This document shows, piece after piece, positions 38,195 through 49,676 of a stretch of DNA of 64,000 nucleotides. The notes beneath the pieces were generated by a model. It saw nothing but the letters and a program-made list of their open reading frames with translations. It was not told the DNA's origin and did not search any database. The stretch comes from a virus. Position 1 is the stretch's first letter; every line of letters begins with the position of its first letter. The position numbers were made by a program, and so were the translations under genes. Location: IMG/VR virus record IMGVR_UViG_3300045988_092366. One strand, given 5' to 3'.

Positions 38195-41100
38195 TTATCT
38201 GAACTTATAAGCATATTGAACTGCCCTATCGTTTAGTGACATAAGCGCAGATTCAATTTCTGCCGCACTGTTCGCAGCTGGGAATTCAGCAGTGATATGT
38301 ACGTTTTGGTCAATTGTCTCGGATGCGTTATTTGCTTTCGCACCACTCACCGCTCCAAGAGCAGTAGAAAGTGACTGTGCAAGGCTTGTAGATTTAAGGC
38401 TATCTGCAAAAGACCTTACGGATTCAACTGCCGCAAGAATATTTTGCGTATCTGTAGCATTAAGAACAAGTTCTTTCTGATGTAAGAATGCAAGTTTACC
38501 ATTTTTGGCATCTGCGGTCTTATCAGACCAAGAACCCGTGTAGCCGCCTGTATCATATCCGATTAGATTCTTTGAACTATATTTCATAGAACCGTAATCA
38601 ACAAGTTTACCAGACCTAGAATATTGGTTGATAATATCCTGAACGTGGCGGGCAAAAGCGGTACCATATGCGCCAGTCAGCTTGCTGGAACGTACAGGGT
38701 CATTGCCCCAGCCAGAAGCCCAGCCATAAGTCCAAATCGCCTTAGCAATGCCCCAAGCAGTATCTTCATTAGCACCAGCTCCACCGCCTCCACCGCCAGA
38801 TGAAGGACCGTTAGCGTTACCATAGTGTTCATAGTTATAGTTCTTTTGCTCAGCTTGCTTTAGAGCTTCGCTTAGATTAGCATTTTCTTGCTCTTTTTTA
38901 GACAGCTTGTTTGCAGTTTCATCAGCGAGTTGCTTGAATGCCTGCATATTGTTGTTAGCATCTGTAATACGATTGGCGTAATCAGTCATCGTAGATTCAG
39001 TCTTTTTGACTTCACCAGATACATCTTTAAGAATGTTGACAAAATCTTTTGTGCTGTCCGCAAGTTCTTTTGTCTTATCCGTTGTGCCGCTAATGCTATT
39101 AGAAATATCATCAAAATTAGTCTTAGCTAGGTCAGCAATAGTCTTTGTACCGTCCGCATAATCTTTACCAGCTTGCGTCAAATCACCAAGCATCTTATCT
39201 GTGTCGGCTTTGAACTGGTCCATATTCTGTAACCAAGAGGTCAAAGAAGTAGACCAACGTGTATCAATCTGGTCGAAAGCGTCAGTACTGCCATTAACAA
39301 TCTGGTCGTATACGTCTTGTAGATTATCTTTGTTCTCGCCAGTAAGCATATCGCACATGCCGATGAAGTCATTGATAATGTTCTTCTGGGATGTGCTTAG
39401 CTGTTCACTGGTTCCAGCGAGATATTCTTTGAGTGAGTCAATGATTGCTTGTGTTCTCTTGGTCTTCTCTTCAAGAGACAGATTAGCATTGTTCCAAATG
39501 TCATTGACTGTAGATTGAGCATCCTGTAGCGCAGATAGTGAATCTGCTTGAGTTTGCTTCATCTGGTCTTTAGACATATTGTAAGCGTTGTTCTGTGCAT
39601 CTAGAAGGTCAGACTGTGCGGAACGGACATTATCATCATTCGCTGTATAGACGTATGAATAATTACCCTGAGTATCCCTGCGAAGTTTCATTTGAGACTT
39701 GTTGCGCTGAGCTTCTTCAAGCGCAATTTGCTTCTGTAAGATTTCAAGCTGTGCATTTGCATAGTTTACATCGTATTCAGATAACTTAGTCTTATCACGC
39801 AGATATTCAAGTTGTTCTTTCATCTGCGCTGAAATCTTTTGCTGGATAGCTAAATCATTTGAACCATCCAAGAGGTCAAGATATTTGCTCTGTAGCTTTT
39901 GAATGTTATAGGATTTATTAACATCATCGAGATAATAATCTGCGTTGCGGTTAATTAGCTCCCACTGCGTATTCATCCAGTCAAGGTCAGTACCGACAGC
40001 TTTGGTTCCCCATGCCTTTGTAATCTTTGAAACTGTATTTGAATACTGCTTCTGTAGATTCTCTAAAGAATTCTGAATAAGGTCGTTAATGTCAGAAGTA
40101 GCATCTTTAATCTTGTCAGATACTTCGTTCCACTCTTCCGAACCTTCTTTCATGGAGCCAAGCATATCTTTCCAAATATCGCGCTGCTGCATTAGTTCAT
40201 TCAACTGTGCTTTGTAATTATTCTGCTGTGCGCCAAGGATGGTATTTAAATCATCGTAAGATTCTTCGCCATGTAGAAGTTCTGTAATATCTAACCAGTG
40301 TTCAAGTTCATCTGTGATGGCTTCATACTGGTCTTTACGCCTATCCATCTTATCGCTAATATCATCAATCATATCCATAACATTATCATGGAGATTTTCA
40401 ATCAATGACCAGTAGTCCTGAACAAGTCCTGCGGCCTGTTCATATACTGTCTTAGCTACGTCATAGAGGTCTGCGGAATTCTCACCGAAAATATCAGATT
40501 TACCAGTCTCTTCAAACTGTTTCATCTGAGCGTTAATGTCAGTGAGATTCTTCATAGACATGTCGAAATAACCAGTGCCGTAGTAGTCTACACTCTTATC
40601 ACCATTGAGCGCACGCTGCTTAGCGGCTTTGAGTTCGTCTACACGACCTGCTGACCATTTCTTATATGCGTCAGATGTGCCTGCGGCATTTGCAGCATCC
40701 TCTTGCTTCTTGATAAGATTATCATAGTATTCATCAACGCTCATGGTAGCAACATCAAAGTATTTGCCGAGCTTAGCTACATTATCTGCTGCTTCTTGAT
40801 AAGGCGTTAGCTTAATACCACGATTGAATGCCCGATCAAAATCAACTAGACTTTCTTGAATATCTTTAAGATTATCAAGAGCTTCAATTTGAGTCTTTAA
40901 TACTGAAATATGTAAATCTTCAATTGAATCTTTAAGGTCTTCAATTTGAGACTTTGTATCCTCTAAGTCACCGCTCCACAGCTCGTCATAGCGCTGATAC
41001 TTCTTGTTAAAATTATCCAGCGCTTTCGTAGCAGCTTCATATTCTTTGTCAACGGCATCTTGTTGTTCTTGTGAAGTTAATCCAGAATATTTTGCACCGA

Positions 41101-44100
41101 TACTATTAACTTTATTCACAAGACCAGTGTAAATATCAGCATAATTTGAAATAAAACCTTCGTTGTCAAATTGTACGCCGAAAGAAGAAGTCAATTCCTT
41201 GCGTAAATCTGCTGCTTCTTTTTCCTGAATTTTTTGTTTTTCTTGCTGTAAAGCAACTTGACGCTGTAAAAGTTTATTTTCTTCGGCTAAATTCTGTGCT
41301 AACTTATCACCAGTCAGCCTGTCTCGTTCAGAGGTTAAGCGGTCATACTGGTTGGAAATTTTTTCAAGCTGAGCATTGACCCTTTCATAAAGGTCTATCT
41401 CGCTTTCAATTTCTTTGTTCTCTTGCGGAGTGTATGACGAGCCACCACCACCACCGCCGCCACCTCCACCGCCAGAGCCACCACCAGCGTTGGAACCGTG
41501 TCCACCACCGCTTGGGCTGCGATAACTACTGCCGCCACCACTATTTGGTGTTCTCGTGACAGACTTAATCGTTGGAACCATAATTGATTGGCTAATGGCA
41601 CTTACTGTAGTACCAACAACCTGTCCAAGAGCTTCGCCCATGCTTTTGCTCTTTTTACCTTTTATGTTTTTCGAGACAGTTTGAGCGATTTGCGGCAAAG
41701 AAATAGTCGCTGGTTGATAAGCAATTTCAAAATCTACGCCAAGACCTTCAAGTGCCTTAAATAAAACTTGCAACTGCTGAGTAGTATATTGGCCTTCTGA
41801 TAGCATAGTGCGCAATCCATCAATAAATGGGCCTTCATTGATTGTTGCACCAGCTTCAATATCAGGAATATTATTATTGACATAATCAATAATAGAAGAC
41901 ATACTGTTATAGATGTCAGCGCTACTATTCGGATTAATTCCAGCATTAATTAAAATTTGATTTGCAGCTTCACGTCTTAATGCTTGTAAGGCTTCAACGT
42001 CTCCATTGGCTGCTTCTCTAATTTTATCAAGATTATTGGCAACAAAAGCACTTTTTTGGTCTAATGTCCAGTTAGACATATCAATATTGAGCATTTTACC
42101 GGTTGCATCAGCAAGCTCTTCAATTTTTGAAGTATAGTCGGCTGAACTTTCAGCTAATCCTTGTAATGGATTTTCAGTATCGGCAAAGATTTTATTCAAA
42201 TCTTCCATACCATTTTGCATTACAACTAGCTTAGCAGTTAATTCATCATAATTTTGATTATTTTGCTTAATTGATTTATTATTTGCATCAATTCGAGCTT
42301 TGTTTTGTTTCCATTCATCGCTAGACGCATCAAGATTTTTATTTGCCTTTTGTAATTGTTCATTTTGTTCTTGAAGGTCTGCGTTATTCTTGCTAACGTT
42401 ATCACCATATTTAGCAAATGCTTGATTTGTTCCTACAAGATTGGTTTTATATTCCTCAAGTTTTTCAGCACTTTCACCAACATTGGCAAGCTCAGAAGAA
42501 ATCTTTTGGTCATCCCAGCCGTTTTCAAACAAGGTTTTATCATCAATCTTATAAGATTTAATGGCATCTGCAAATGCTTTTGCATATTGCTCGCCATTTT
42601 TAAACCCGGCGGCTTTTGCAGCTTCGTCTGAAATTCCAAGATAGTCAGCTGTAATGCTATCAGAATCATTTTGCAGTTGGAAGATTTCAGAAACATCCAT
42701 TCCAGACAAGTCAAAGCCACTTTGTTTATTGCCGCCAGCGACAGCATTTACTAAGTCTGTCCCATATTTTGAACCAGCAGCAGAATTTGAAATTTGAGCA
42801 ACAATACTTGCAGTATCAACCCAATTGCTTGATGCTTCTGTCATAGCTTTAGAAGCGGCTAAATAATTAGTTAATACTTCTTTAGAAACTTGTTGTTCTT
42901 GTCCAAGAGCATCAGTGAATGTAAAAGTACCATTTTTTTCTTTATTAAAAGTCCAACCATTTTGCTGAGCATAAAGTTCACCAAGGTCAGAAGACTTCAT
43001 ACCGCTAAATTCACTATAATACTTATCTGTAAGGTTGGCAGCTTGTGAAGCAACCATAGCAACAACTGCGTCATTGTTTTTTTGGCTAGAATCATAACCA
43101 GCTGTGTTATTAAGAGCCTGCTGTGCCGCATTTTCAAGAAGCTGACGATTTTGAGTATTTAACTGCTCATTTTCTCTAAACGCACCGACAATTTTGTCGC
43201 CATTGTCAACAATAGCGTCTACAATTGCATCGCTAGAGTCTTGACCAGCTATTTCCAATGCTTCTCTAATGTCACTTTCTTTATTGATACTATTGACACC
43301 GTTATAACGGAGCATATCATAAACAGCGTCTAGCTCATTATCAGAAATCGAACGGGTACCATTAGTAACGTATGAACGTTTACGTCCAGCAGAGTCAGTT
43401 ACGGTTTTTGTTCCTCTGCCTTGGAAAGTTACATTAGCTTGAACTTCTTTATTATTGGCTTCAACTTGAGCTTGGTTTGCATCTTGCTGCGTCTTAGCGA
43501 CCGCAAGTGCGCCATAAGCCACATTTTGAGCCATTTTATCTTGTAAGTTATCTAAACCTTCATCTGAAATAGTTAACTTACCACTAGTATCTTTATATAC
43601 ATATTTCTGTAACTCAGGATACGCTTGTAAAAGTTTAAGAACTTCATCATTGACTGCAATAAGCTCGTCTTTCCAATCACGAGTTCCCTTTTCAAGTTTA
43701 TCAAGAGCTTCTTGAGATTCTTTATAATTAGCAATGCTATCTTTAAGATTCTGATAACTATTTTGAATCTCTTGGTATTCTGTAGCAACATCGGCAGCAG
43801 ACTTAGCTAAATCATCTGCTTTCTTTTGCGCTCGGTCAGCTTCAATAGCAAGACGATTAATGCTATACCAAATGCTATAACCGACTGCGGCAACACCAGC
43901 TCCAAGAGCAATCCAAGGAGCAGCAGCAACAATCAAACTGCCAAAGGCAGATGCCAATGCACCTACTGCACCAGTAATTTCACCAAATCTGCTAACAATT
44001 TTGGCTGCAAACCCACCAGCAGCAATGCCTTCTGTGGCTTCTGCAACGGTTTCTGCGGCCCCAGCAGCATCACCAGCAGCATCGACAACATCCGTTACAT

Positions 44101-47077
44101 CGTCAACAACCTCAGCAGCATTGCCAGCTGTTTCAGCTGCATTACTAGCAGCTTTGGCAGCAGCATTTTCTGCTTCTGTAGCACTATTTTCTGCCGTTGC
44201 GGCAGTATCAACTTTATCAGCGGCAGCTTCTTCTAGTGATGCTTCTGCACTTTCTTGTTTAGCTTTAGTGCTTGCAGCTTTGGCTGCGGCATTTTCAAGT
44301 TCGTCTTTTGTATTTTCTTTTGTACTTGCAGAATCACCTTTCTTAGACATGCTAACAGCATCGGCTACCTCAGACACATCATTGGCAAGTTTTTCAAGGC
44401 TATCTACCTTAAAAATATCTTTAAATGTTGAAAAAGACTGAGCAAGCATTGGCGCAATTGTACCAAGAGACATAAGGGTTTGAAGAAGTTTTTCGCCAGA
44501 TGTTAAATCATCATCGTTCCAAATGTCTCCAATAGACTGAATTTGTTGGTAAACGAAAGCAAGATTTCCAAGAGCACCTGCAAATTCTAGAGCCTTAGAA
44601 ATAGCGTTTGCAAAATCAAGAGATTTGATAAACGCTGCGCCACGTTCTTTAGCAGAATCAAATAAAGAGTCAACCTGAATTAACTGAGAAGAAAGTTTAG
44701 TCAGGTCTTCATCAGTTTTAACTAGGTTGCCGTCATAGTCATTTGCCGTCTTATTCACAGCTTCAATTGCTTGCTCTAACTGTTTAAAGGCTTCTTGTAG
44801 CTCTACAACTTCTACATCTTGAGAAGTTAATAAATCGAGTAGATTTTCAGCAGCATCAGTAACGTGGCTATTTTCCACTTTATTCATGTCATTAAATGAC
44901 CTGCTAGTTTTCATAATGTAATCTAAAGCATCGCTAGCTTGATTTCCTTCAGCAAGTTTATAAATAGCATTTAGCTGGTCTGCACTATCTCTGTATTTCT
45001 TTGAATCATTTGCAACAAATTGCAACGGCTGTAAATCTCTAGCAAAAGATTCATCTATATTAGACATGTCTGATTTATATAAAGCAAAATCTTCTTGTTT
45101 TACAGCACTATGGTCATATTTAAACTGCGCATCGCTGCCATATCTCTCACTATATTTCTGCAAACCACCAGTATTAACACCTGTAATATTGCCATTTTCG
45201 TCTCTAATCAAAGAAACATCTTCTGCAAGCGTTCTATTTCTAAGTTTGTAAGCTGCATTCGTAGCATCAACAGATTTTTGCAATTTCACTTCAAGGTCAA
45301 TTGCTTCTTTCTTTAAAGCTACTTCGTCTTGAAGAATACTATTATATGTTTTTTGAGCGTCAGAGTTCATAATAGAAGCATTACTCTGACCACCTTTAAT
45401 CAAGTTCACAATGTCACTATAACGCTCATCTGTAACATCGTTAATACCAAGTTTTTTAAGCTCAGCATATGCTTGATTTTTATTATTCGCTTGAATCTTA
45501 GATAAATCTCTATTATACAACATAGAAGAAATACCATTACCAATATTCTTAGCAAACACTTGCGTGGCAATTGGAGCAATGCCAGACAACATTCCCTTAA
45601 CGCCGCCAAGTGCATTAACGAACTGGTCTGTCAAATCAACAAGTTGAGTTAGCGCATCTACTGGCGCATAAAAATCTTCTGTATCAAAAAGGTCATCAAA
45701 TAAATTCTCAGCGCTAGCTTGTAATTTATTCATACGGCCTTCAAGCGAATTGACGTATTTTTCATTCATTACATCTAGAGTGCCACTAGCATTCTCAGAT
45801 GCACCCTTATATTGATTATACAAATCAGAACGATTCATCAGAGCTTGAAAGCGCGCAACTTGATATTTACCAGCTAATGACTGAGAAAGCCCTGCTTTTT
45901 GAGTTGTGTCAAGACCAGCCCAAACTTTCATCAAATCTTCAATAATATCGCCAACATCGCGCATGTTATTGTTTTGGTCAAAAACATTAACACCAGCGCC
46001 CTGTAACTGCTTTGTAACAGTACCTAATGTAATGCTATCGTCAAGGGTCTTTCCCGTCTTTAAGTCTGAAAAACGCGCATAAAGTGTTTTTAATCCGTTG
46101 CCGATTTGTTCAGGAGCCTCACGAGTAACAGACTCAATTGTAGCAATTTGTGCATTAAGTTGGTCTGTAGACACACCAAGAGTAGCCGCAGAAGAAGCTG
46201 CTTTCTGTGATGCTTCTGCAAGCTCTTTAACGTCAGCAGCGGACACGTTGGCTACTTCTGCCCATGAGTCCATAGCGCTCTGTAATTGAGAAAGATTCTT
46301 GTCTAGACCGTATGCGTTCATATACGCCATAATTTGGTCAGAGGTCGTAGCCGTATCTTGCTGTGAAGCATTAGCGAGCTTTGTAGATAATTGAGCCAGT
46401 TCATTAGACTGATTCAGTGAGAACCCGGATTGCGCGAATAGTAATGTGGCGTTGGTCATGGCGGTCGTAGTGCTGCCTAAAGCACGTGCTGCTTCGTTTG
46501 CTGACTTAGCGTATTGATTCATGTCATCTTTACTATAACTAGTAACGAGCTGAATCTGCGTTAAAGAATTATCTAACTCTTTAACGTAATCTGTAGCTTG
46601 TCTAATTGAATTTGTAACGCCATTAAACGCACTTGACATAATGCCCCAACGAACAGTATTGCCCATTGTATTGAACATTTTATCAACAAGAGAACTTGTA
46701 GCTTTGACGCCAGTATCAAGTTTGCCGAGAGAACCTAACACGTCTAGAAACGCTTTTTGACCTTCGGCTCCAGCAAGCTCGAAACTTTGCTGCAAAGATT
46801 TTAAGTTAACATCCTTACCTAAATTCTTTGTAACTTTAGAAATATCAAGCATACCAAGGTTTGCATTAAAACTTTTCTGTAAAGCCGTTGATACCTTGTT
46901 AATATCAGCAAGAGCTTTATTAGCAGTATTTGGAGATAATAGCTCTTGAGACTGCATTGAAATAATTTGCTGTTGCGTCTTAGCAAGTTGAGCTTGCAAT
47001 TGAGACAAACCAGTGTTATCTAATGTAGTTCGTAGATTATACGTAATAGTATTCGAGTATTTACTAATAGCAATCAC
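38195..47077 (-). CDS. Tail tape measure protein (2960 aa), GTG start
   Basis: Very long, Ala/Gln/Asp-rich coiled-coil. Hydrophobic TM-like segment (AAPWIALGAGVAAVGYSIWYSI). Gly-rich linker. Sits between the chaperone-like gene and the baseplate. Confidence 0.8.
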   Translation of the reverse strand: MIAISKYSNTITYNLRTTLDNTGLSQLQAQLAKTQQQIISMQSQELLSPNTANKALADINKVSTALQKSFNANLGMLDISKVTKNLGKDVNLKSLQQSFELAGAEGQKAFLDVLGSLGKLDTGVKATSSLVDKMFNTMGNTVRWGIMSSAFNGVTNSIRQATDYVKELDNSLTQIQLVTSYSKDDMNQYAKSANEAARALGSTTTAMTNATLLFAQSGFSLNQSNELAQLSTKLANASQQDTATTSDQIMAYMNAYGLDKNLSQLQSAMDSWAEVANVSAADVKELAEASQKAASSAATLGVSTDQLNAQIATIESVTREAPEQIGNGLKTLYARFSDLKTGKTLDDSITLGTVTKQLQGAGVNVFDQNNNMRDVGDIIEDLMKVWAGLDTTQKAGLSQSLAGKYQVARFQALMNRSDLYNQYKGASENASGTLDVMNEKYVNSLEGRMNKLQASAENLFDDLFDTEDFYAPVDALTQLVDLTDQFVNALGGVKGMLSGIAPIATQVFAKNIGNGISSMLYNRDLSKIQANNKNQAYAELKKLGINDVTDERYSDIVNLIKGGQSNASIMNSDAQKTYNSILQDEVALKKEAIDLEVKLQKSVDATNAAYKLRNRTLAEDVSLIRDENGNITGVNTGGLQKYSERYGSDAQFKYDHSAVKQEDFALYKSDMSNIDESFARDLQPLQFVANDSKKYRDSADQLNAIYKLAEGNQASDALDYIMKTSRSFNDMNKVENSHVTDAAENLLDLLTSQDVEVVELQEAFKQLEQAIEAVNKTANDYDGNLVKTDEDLTKLSSQLIQVDSLFDSAKERGAAFIKSLDFANAISKALEFAGALGNLAFVYQQIQSIGDIWNDDDLTSGEKLLQTLMSLGTIAPMLAQSFSTFKDIFKVDSLEKLANDVSEVADAVSMSKKGDSASTKENTKDELENAAAKAASTKAKQESAEASLEEAAADKVDTAATAENSATEAENAAAKAASNAAETAGNAAEVVDDVTDVVDAAGDAAGAAETVAEATEGIAAGGFAAKIVSRFGEITGAVGALASAFGSLIVAAAPWIALGAGVAAVGYSIWYSINRLAIEADRAQKKADDLAKSAADVATEYQEIQNSYQNLKDSIANYKESQEALDKLEKGTRDWKDELIAVNDEVLKLLQAYPELQKYVYKDTSGKLTISDEGLDNLQDKMAQNVAYGALAVAKTQQDANQAQVEANNKEVQANVTFQGRGTKTVTDSAGRKRSYVTNGTRSISDNELDAVYDMLRYNGVNSINKESDIREALEIAGQDSSDAIVDAIVDNGDKIVGAFRENEQLNTQNRQLLENAAQQALNNTAGYDSSQKNNDAVVAMVASQAANLTDKYYSEFSGMKSSDLGELYAQQNGWTFNKEKNGTFTFTDALGQEQQVSKEVLTNYLAASKAMTEASSNWVDTASIVAQISNSAAGSKYGTDLVNAVAGGNKQSGFDLSGMDVSEIFQLQNDSDSITADYLGISDEAAKAAGFKNGEQYAKAFADAIKSYKIDDKTLFENGWDDQKISSELANVGESAEKLEEYKTNLVGTNQAFAKYGDNVSKNNADLQEQNEQLQKANKNLDASSDEWKQNKARIDANNKSIKQNNQNYDELTAKLVVMQNGMEDLNKIFADTENPLQGLAESSADYTSKIEELADATGKMLNIDMSNWTLDQKSAFVANNLDKIREAANGDVEALQALRREAANQILINAGINPNSSADIYNSMSSIIDYVNNNIPDIEAGATINEGPFIDGLRTMLSEGQYTTQQLQVLFKALEGLGVDFEIAYQPATISLPQIAQTVSKNIKGKKSKSMGEALGQVVGTTVSAISQSIMVPTIKSVTRTPNSGGGSSYRSPSGGGHGSNAGGGSGGGGGGGGGGGSSYTPQENKEIESEIDLYERVNAQLEKISNQYDRLTSERDRLTGDKLAQNLAEENKLLQRQVALQQEKQKIQEKEAADLRKELTSSFGVQFDNEGFISNYADIYTGLVNKVNSIGAKYSGLTSQEQQDAVDKEYEAATKALDNFNKKYQRYDELWSGDLEDTKSQIEDLKDSIEDLHISVLKTQIEALDNLKDIQESLVDFDRAFNRGIKLTPYQEAADNVAKLGKYFDVATMSVDEYYDNLIKKQEDAANAAGTSDAYKKWSAGRVDELKAAKQRALNGDKSVDYYGTGYFDMSMKNLTDINAQMKQFEETGKSDIFGENSADLYDVAKTVYEQAAGLVQDYWSLIENLHDNVMDMIDDISDKMDRRKDQYEAITDELEHWLDITELLHGEESYDDLNTILGAQQNNYKAQLNELMQQRDIWKDMLGSMKEGSEEWNEVSDKIKDATSDINDLIQNSLENLQKQYSNTVSKITKAWGTKAVGTDLDWMNTQWELINRNADYYLDDVNKSYNIQKLQSKYLDLLDGSNDLAIQQKISAQMKEQLEYLRDKTKLSEYDVNYANAQLEILQKQIALEEAQRNKSQMKLRRDTQGNYSYVYTANDDNVRSAQSDLLDAQNNAYNMSKDQMKQTQADSLSALQDAQSTVNDIWNNANLSLEEKTKRTQAIIDSLKEYLAGTSEQLSTSQKNIINDFIGMCDMLTGENKDNLQDVYDQIVNGSTDAFDQIDTRWSTSLTSWLQNMDQFKADTDKMLGDLTQAGKDYADGTKTIADLAKTNFDDISNSISGTTDKTKELADSTKDFVNILKDVSGEVKKTESTMTDYANRITDANNNMQAFKQLADETANKLSKKEQENANLSEALKQAEQKNYNYEHYGNANGPSSGGGGGGAGANEDTAWGIAKAIWTYGWASGWGNDPVRSSKLTGAYGTAFARHVQDIINQYSRSGKLVDYGSMKYSSKNLIGYDTGGYTGSWSDKTADAKNGKLAFLHQKELVLNATDTQNILAAVESVRSFADSLKSTSLAQSLSTALGAVSGAKANNASETIDQNVHITAEFPAANSAAEIESALMSLNDRAVQYAYKFR
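41437..41500 (-). repeat. Low-complexity GGN repeat coding the poly-Gly linker (SGGGGGGGGGGG) of the tape measure protein
   Basis: ccaccaccaccaccgccgccacctccaccgcc read directly. Confidence 0.6.
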
Positions 47078-47148
47078 CTACTTTACATTTATCTGTACGA
47101 TTCACAATCGTACCTCCTTTTATATCTTTATTAACGTTAATATAGGCA

Positions 47149-47183
47149 TAAAAAAAGAGCCTACTTTATATAAAAGTAGGCTC
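47149..47183 (-). terminator. Terminator immediately upstream of the tape measure gene
   Basis: gagcctacttt-atataa-aagtaggctc followed by a T-run on the minus strand. Confidence 0.6.
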
Positions 47184-47205
47184 AAAGTAATTATTGAATT
47201 TTGCC

Positions 47206-47844
47206 CTAAAGCTCGAATAGCGGACCGTCTTCCTCTAGCGACTCTTCTGTTTCTTCTGGTTCAGAAATTTTAGGTTCCAATACATTATCAACAACTTTTT
47301 CAGGTTCTCCAACAATCTCAAATTTAGGCTTTTCTTTGTTTGCGATAGCTTGAACTTCTTTTTCTGGATTATTATTCATACCCCAATTATTGGCGATTTC
47401 AAGAACTTGATTTGCACCAACTTCATCTGAAACTGTTTTAAATTTTTCAACGGCTGTTTGAATAATATCTCCGCTAAATTCTTGGAAAGATGAAAGAATA
47501 CCACGAGCAGATTGTAGGTACTTAATATAGTCATCAAGCCATACACTGCCAATTCGACCAAGAGCATCCATATCTACCGCAAAGTTTTCATTCATATCTG
47601 CGATAGTGCCATCAGCCAAAAGAGCATCCCAAGCATCTAGAATATTATCTGAAACAATGCGACCAAGCTCTTCCTTACGGTCAGGATATAGAATAATCGC
47701 CGCATACGCATATAGCGCACGTTCAAAAACAAACTGGTTGACGAAGCCATTATCCTCAGCAGACTGTGCCGCGAAATGGATAATATCATACATGTCTTGC
47801 GAGGTCAGCTTTTTGGCTGTCTCTGTTTCAAAAAGAATTGCCAT
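47206..47844 (-). CDS. Acidic tail-assembly-chaperone-like protein (212 aa)
   Basis: Position just before the tape measure gene. Acidic C-terminus. Confidence 0.4.
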   Translation of the reverse strand: MAILFETETAKKLTSQDMYDIIHFAAQSAEDNGFVNQFVFERALYAYAAIILYPDRKEELGRIVSDNILDAWDALLADGTIADMNENFAVDMDALGRIGSVWLDDYIKYLQSARGILSSFQEFSGDIIQTAVEKFKTVSDEVGANQVLEIANNWGMNNNPEKEVQAIANKEKPKFEIVGEPEKVVDNVLEPKISEPEETEESLEEDGPLFEL

Positions 47845-47909
47845 AAAAATCTCCTTTTATCTCTATACCTATATGGTTATATCATACCATACTTTTAAAA
47901 CAATGTCAA

Positions 47910-49436
47910 CTAAGATTTAAAAATATCTGGCGTAAATAAACGACCCATATTAAGCGTGATACTAATCTTAGTATTATTCAATACCTTGTAGGCAAGTTTA
48001 TTACGATTTAATGCCATGCGGAAAACGTTATCTCCTGTCTGTGACGGCATAACTTTACTTCTTAAAGTACCTAAGTCAAAACCTTCAACAAGATAATATT
48101 TGTTGCCACCATACTTCAAAATAGTATCTGAATTATCATAAATCTTTCTAAGAATATCATAAATTGAAAATATCTTATTATTTATGATAAGTAAAGTTGA
48201 ATAATCTCCTTGAATACCACTACCAGCAATGGCATCCACAAGACTTAAAGCACCAGCTGCCTGCCTGATATTGTACCAGTCCATAGCATTAACAGTAGTA
48301 CCAAGAGCACCGACAAGGCTATATCCATACTGACCAGCACCGGGCGCAAAGGCATTTAATTTTTTGGCTAACTGCTGATATGTCATACTTTTGGCGACAA
48401 ATCCTTCAACTCCAAGAGCGCGTGAACCTGGGCCGCTACCTTGAAATGGCGCACTTTCACGTAATTTAATATTGCCGCCAAATTCAAGAACAATGCCACC
48501 TTTATTCCAATAAATATGAACATCTTCCTTGGATTCTTTACCTTCAAGAGTATCTGTTATCTGTTGGGCTGTCCAATTAGAATAAAATTTACCATCTGCG
48601 GCAGATACCATCTGCTTTATCTTTTCATCATTTTCCATAATAAGCTGTTGGCCTTCATTTGCGGCAACATTAATTGCATGCGCTTCTGCCATTTCGTGAA
48701 CTGTACCACCAATAGAGTTGAAAGCAGCTGCAATAGAATCTGCGGCAGATTGAAAGCTATTCTGAATATCAACACTACTACCATCACCAAGAGAAGCAAG
48801 AATATCTAGGTTTTCCCGCACCTTCTCCATTGCAAGAACAATCTTCGTTTCAGACTCCTTGACCATTCCCGCGCTAATGCTTGCATCTGTTGGAATGCCT
48901 TGTAGGTCTGATGGGACATTTCCACTTGTATAATACGCATCAACTAGACGCGCAGCAACTAAGTATTCATAATTAGATGCAAGTGTCCAGATAATATTAT
49001 TAACAGCTTCATTGACTGCTGTAGTAATACTGGATACATGAGTCAAACAATCTTGCACAGACGAACTAAATACGGCACCTACATTTGCTAAACTGACACC
49101 ATCGACAAAAATATCACCAGACGTACTATACGATTTAGCAATACCTTTGCTATCAAAGTTTGCAATGTCTTTCATTGCCGCATCAATATTCTGACCTATT
49201 ATACCGCCATTTGAAACCCAGTTATCCATCATAGACTTAATCTGTCTACCAGTATATTTTTTACCACTGGCCGCATTTACCTGATTAAATCTTTGAGTAA
49301 ATGTACTTACTTGGCGTTTCATGATACGGTGCATCGTGTCATCGTCAATATCAGCTTGTCCTCTGGCAATAGTATAAGCAAGATACTCTTTACCGCCATT
49401 ATATGCTTGGACGGCACGCCAATTGAAATTGCTCAT
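47910..49436 (-). CDS. Hypothetical tail-associated protein (508 aa)
   Basis: ORF between the major tail protein and the chaperone. Confidence 0.3.
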   Translation of the reverse strand: MSNFNWRAVQAYNGGKEYLAYTIARGQADIDDDTMHRIMKRQVSTFTQRFNQVNAASGKKYTGRQIKSMMDNWVSNGGIIGQNIDAAMKDIANFDSKGIAKSYSTSGDIFVDGVSLANVGAVFSSSVQDCLTHVSSITTAVNEAVNNIIWTLASNYEYLVAARLVDAYYTSGNVPSDLQGIPTDASISAGMVKESETKIVLAMEKVRENLDILASLGDGSSVDIQNSFQSAADSIAAAFNSIGGTVHEMAEAHAINVAANEGQQLIMENDEKIKQMVSAADGKFYSNWTAQQITDTLEGKESKEDVHIYWNKGGIVLEFGGNIKLRESAPFQGSGPGSRALGVEGFVAKSMTYQQLAKKLNAFAPGAGQYGYSLVGALGTTVNAMDWYNIRQAAGALSLVDAIAGSGIQGDYSTLLIINNKIFSIYDILRKIYDNSDTILKYGGNKYYLVEGFDLGTLRSKVMPSQTGDNVFRMALNRNKLAYKVLNNTKISITLNMGRLFTPDIFKS

Positions 49437-49493
49437 ATTACCTCCTAAATAACATTAGTATATATTGCAATAGCAATACATATTATTGCTATT

Positions 49494-49532
49494 TAAAAAA
49501 GAAAAAGGGTGTCCCAGTTAAGGAACACCCTT
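49494..49532 (-). terminator. Terminator after the major tail protein gene
   Basis: agggtgtccc-agttaa-ggaacaccct followed by a T-run. Confidence 0.6.
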
Positions 49533-49676
49533 TAGCTTATTTAGCTACAGACTTCTTTAGCTTAGAAACACTGGGAATAGTTTCATCTACAAAAGTCTTA
49601 GTAGTCGAATCAACTGCATTAGCAGTTACGTCTGAATGTTGTTTGTCAGCCGCAGATTCAGTTGACGTTGCGGCCT

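Noticed and set aside
41437-41500. The GGN repeat in the tape measure gene as a mobile or CRISPR-like repeat.
   Set aside because: It is in-frame coding low-complexity (poly-Gly linker), not an interspersed repeat.
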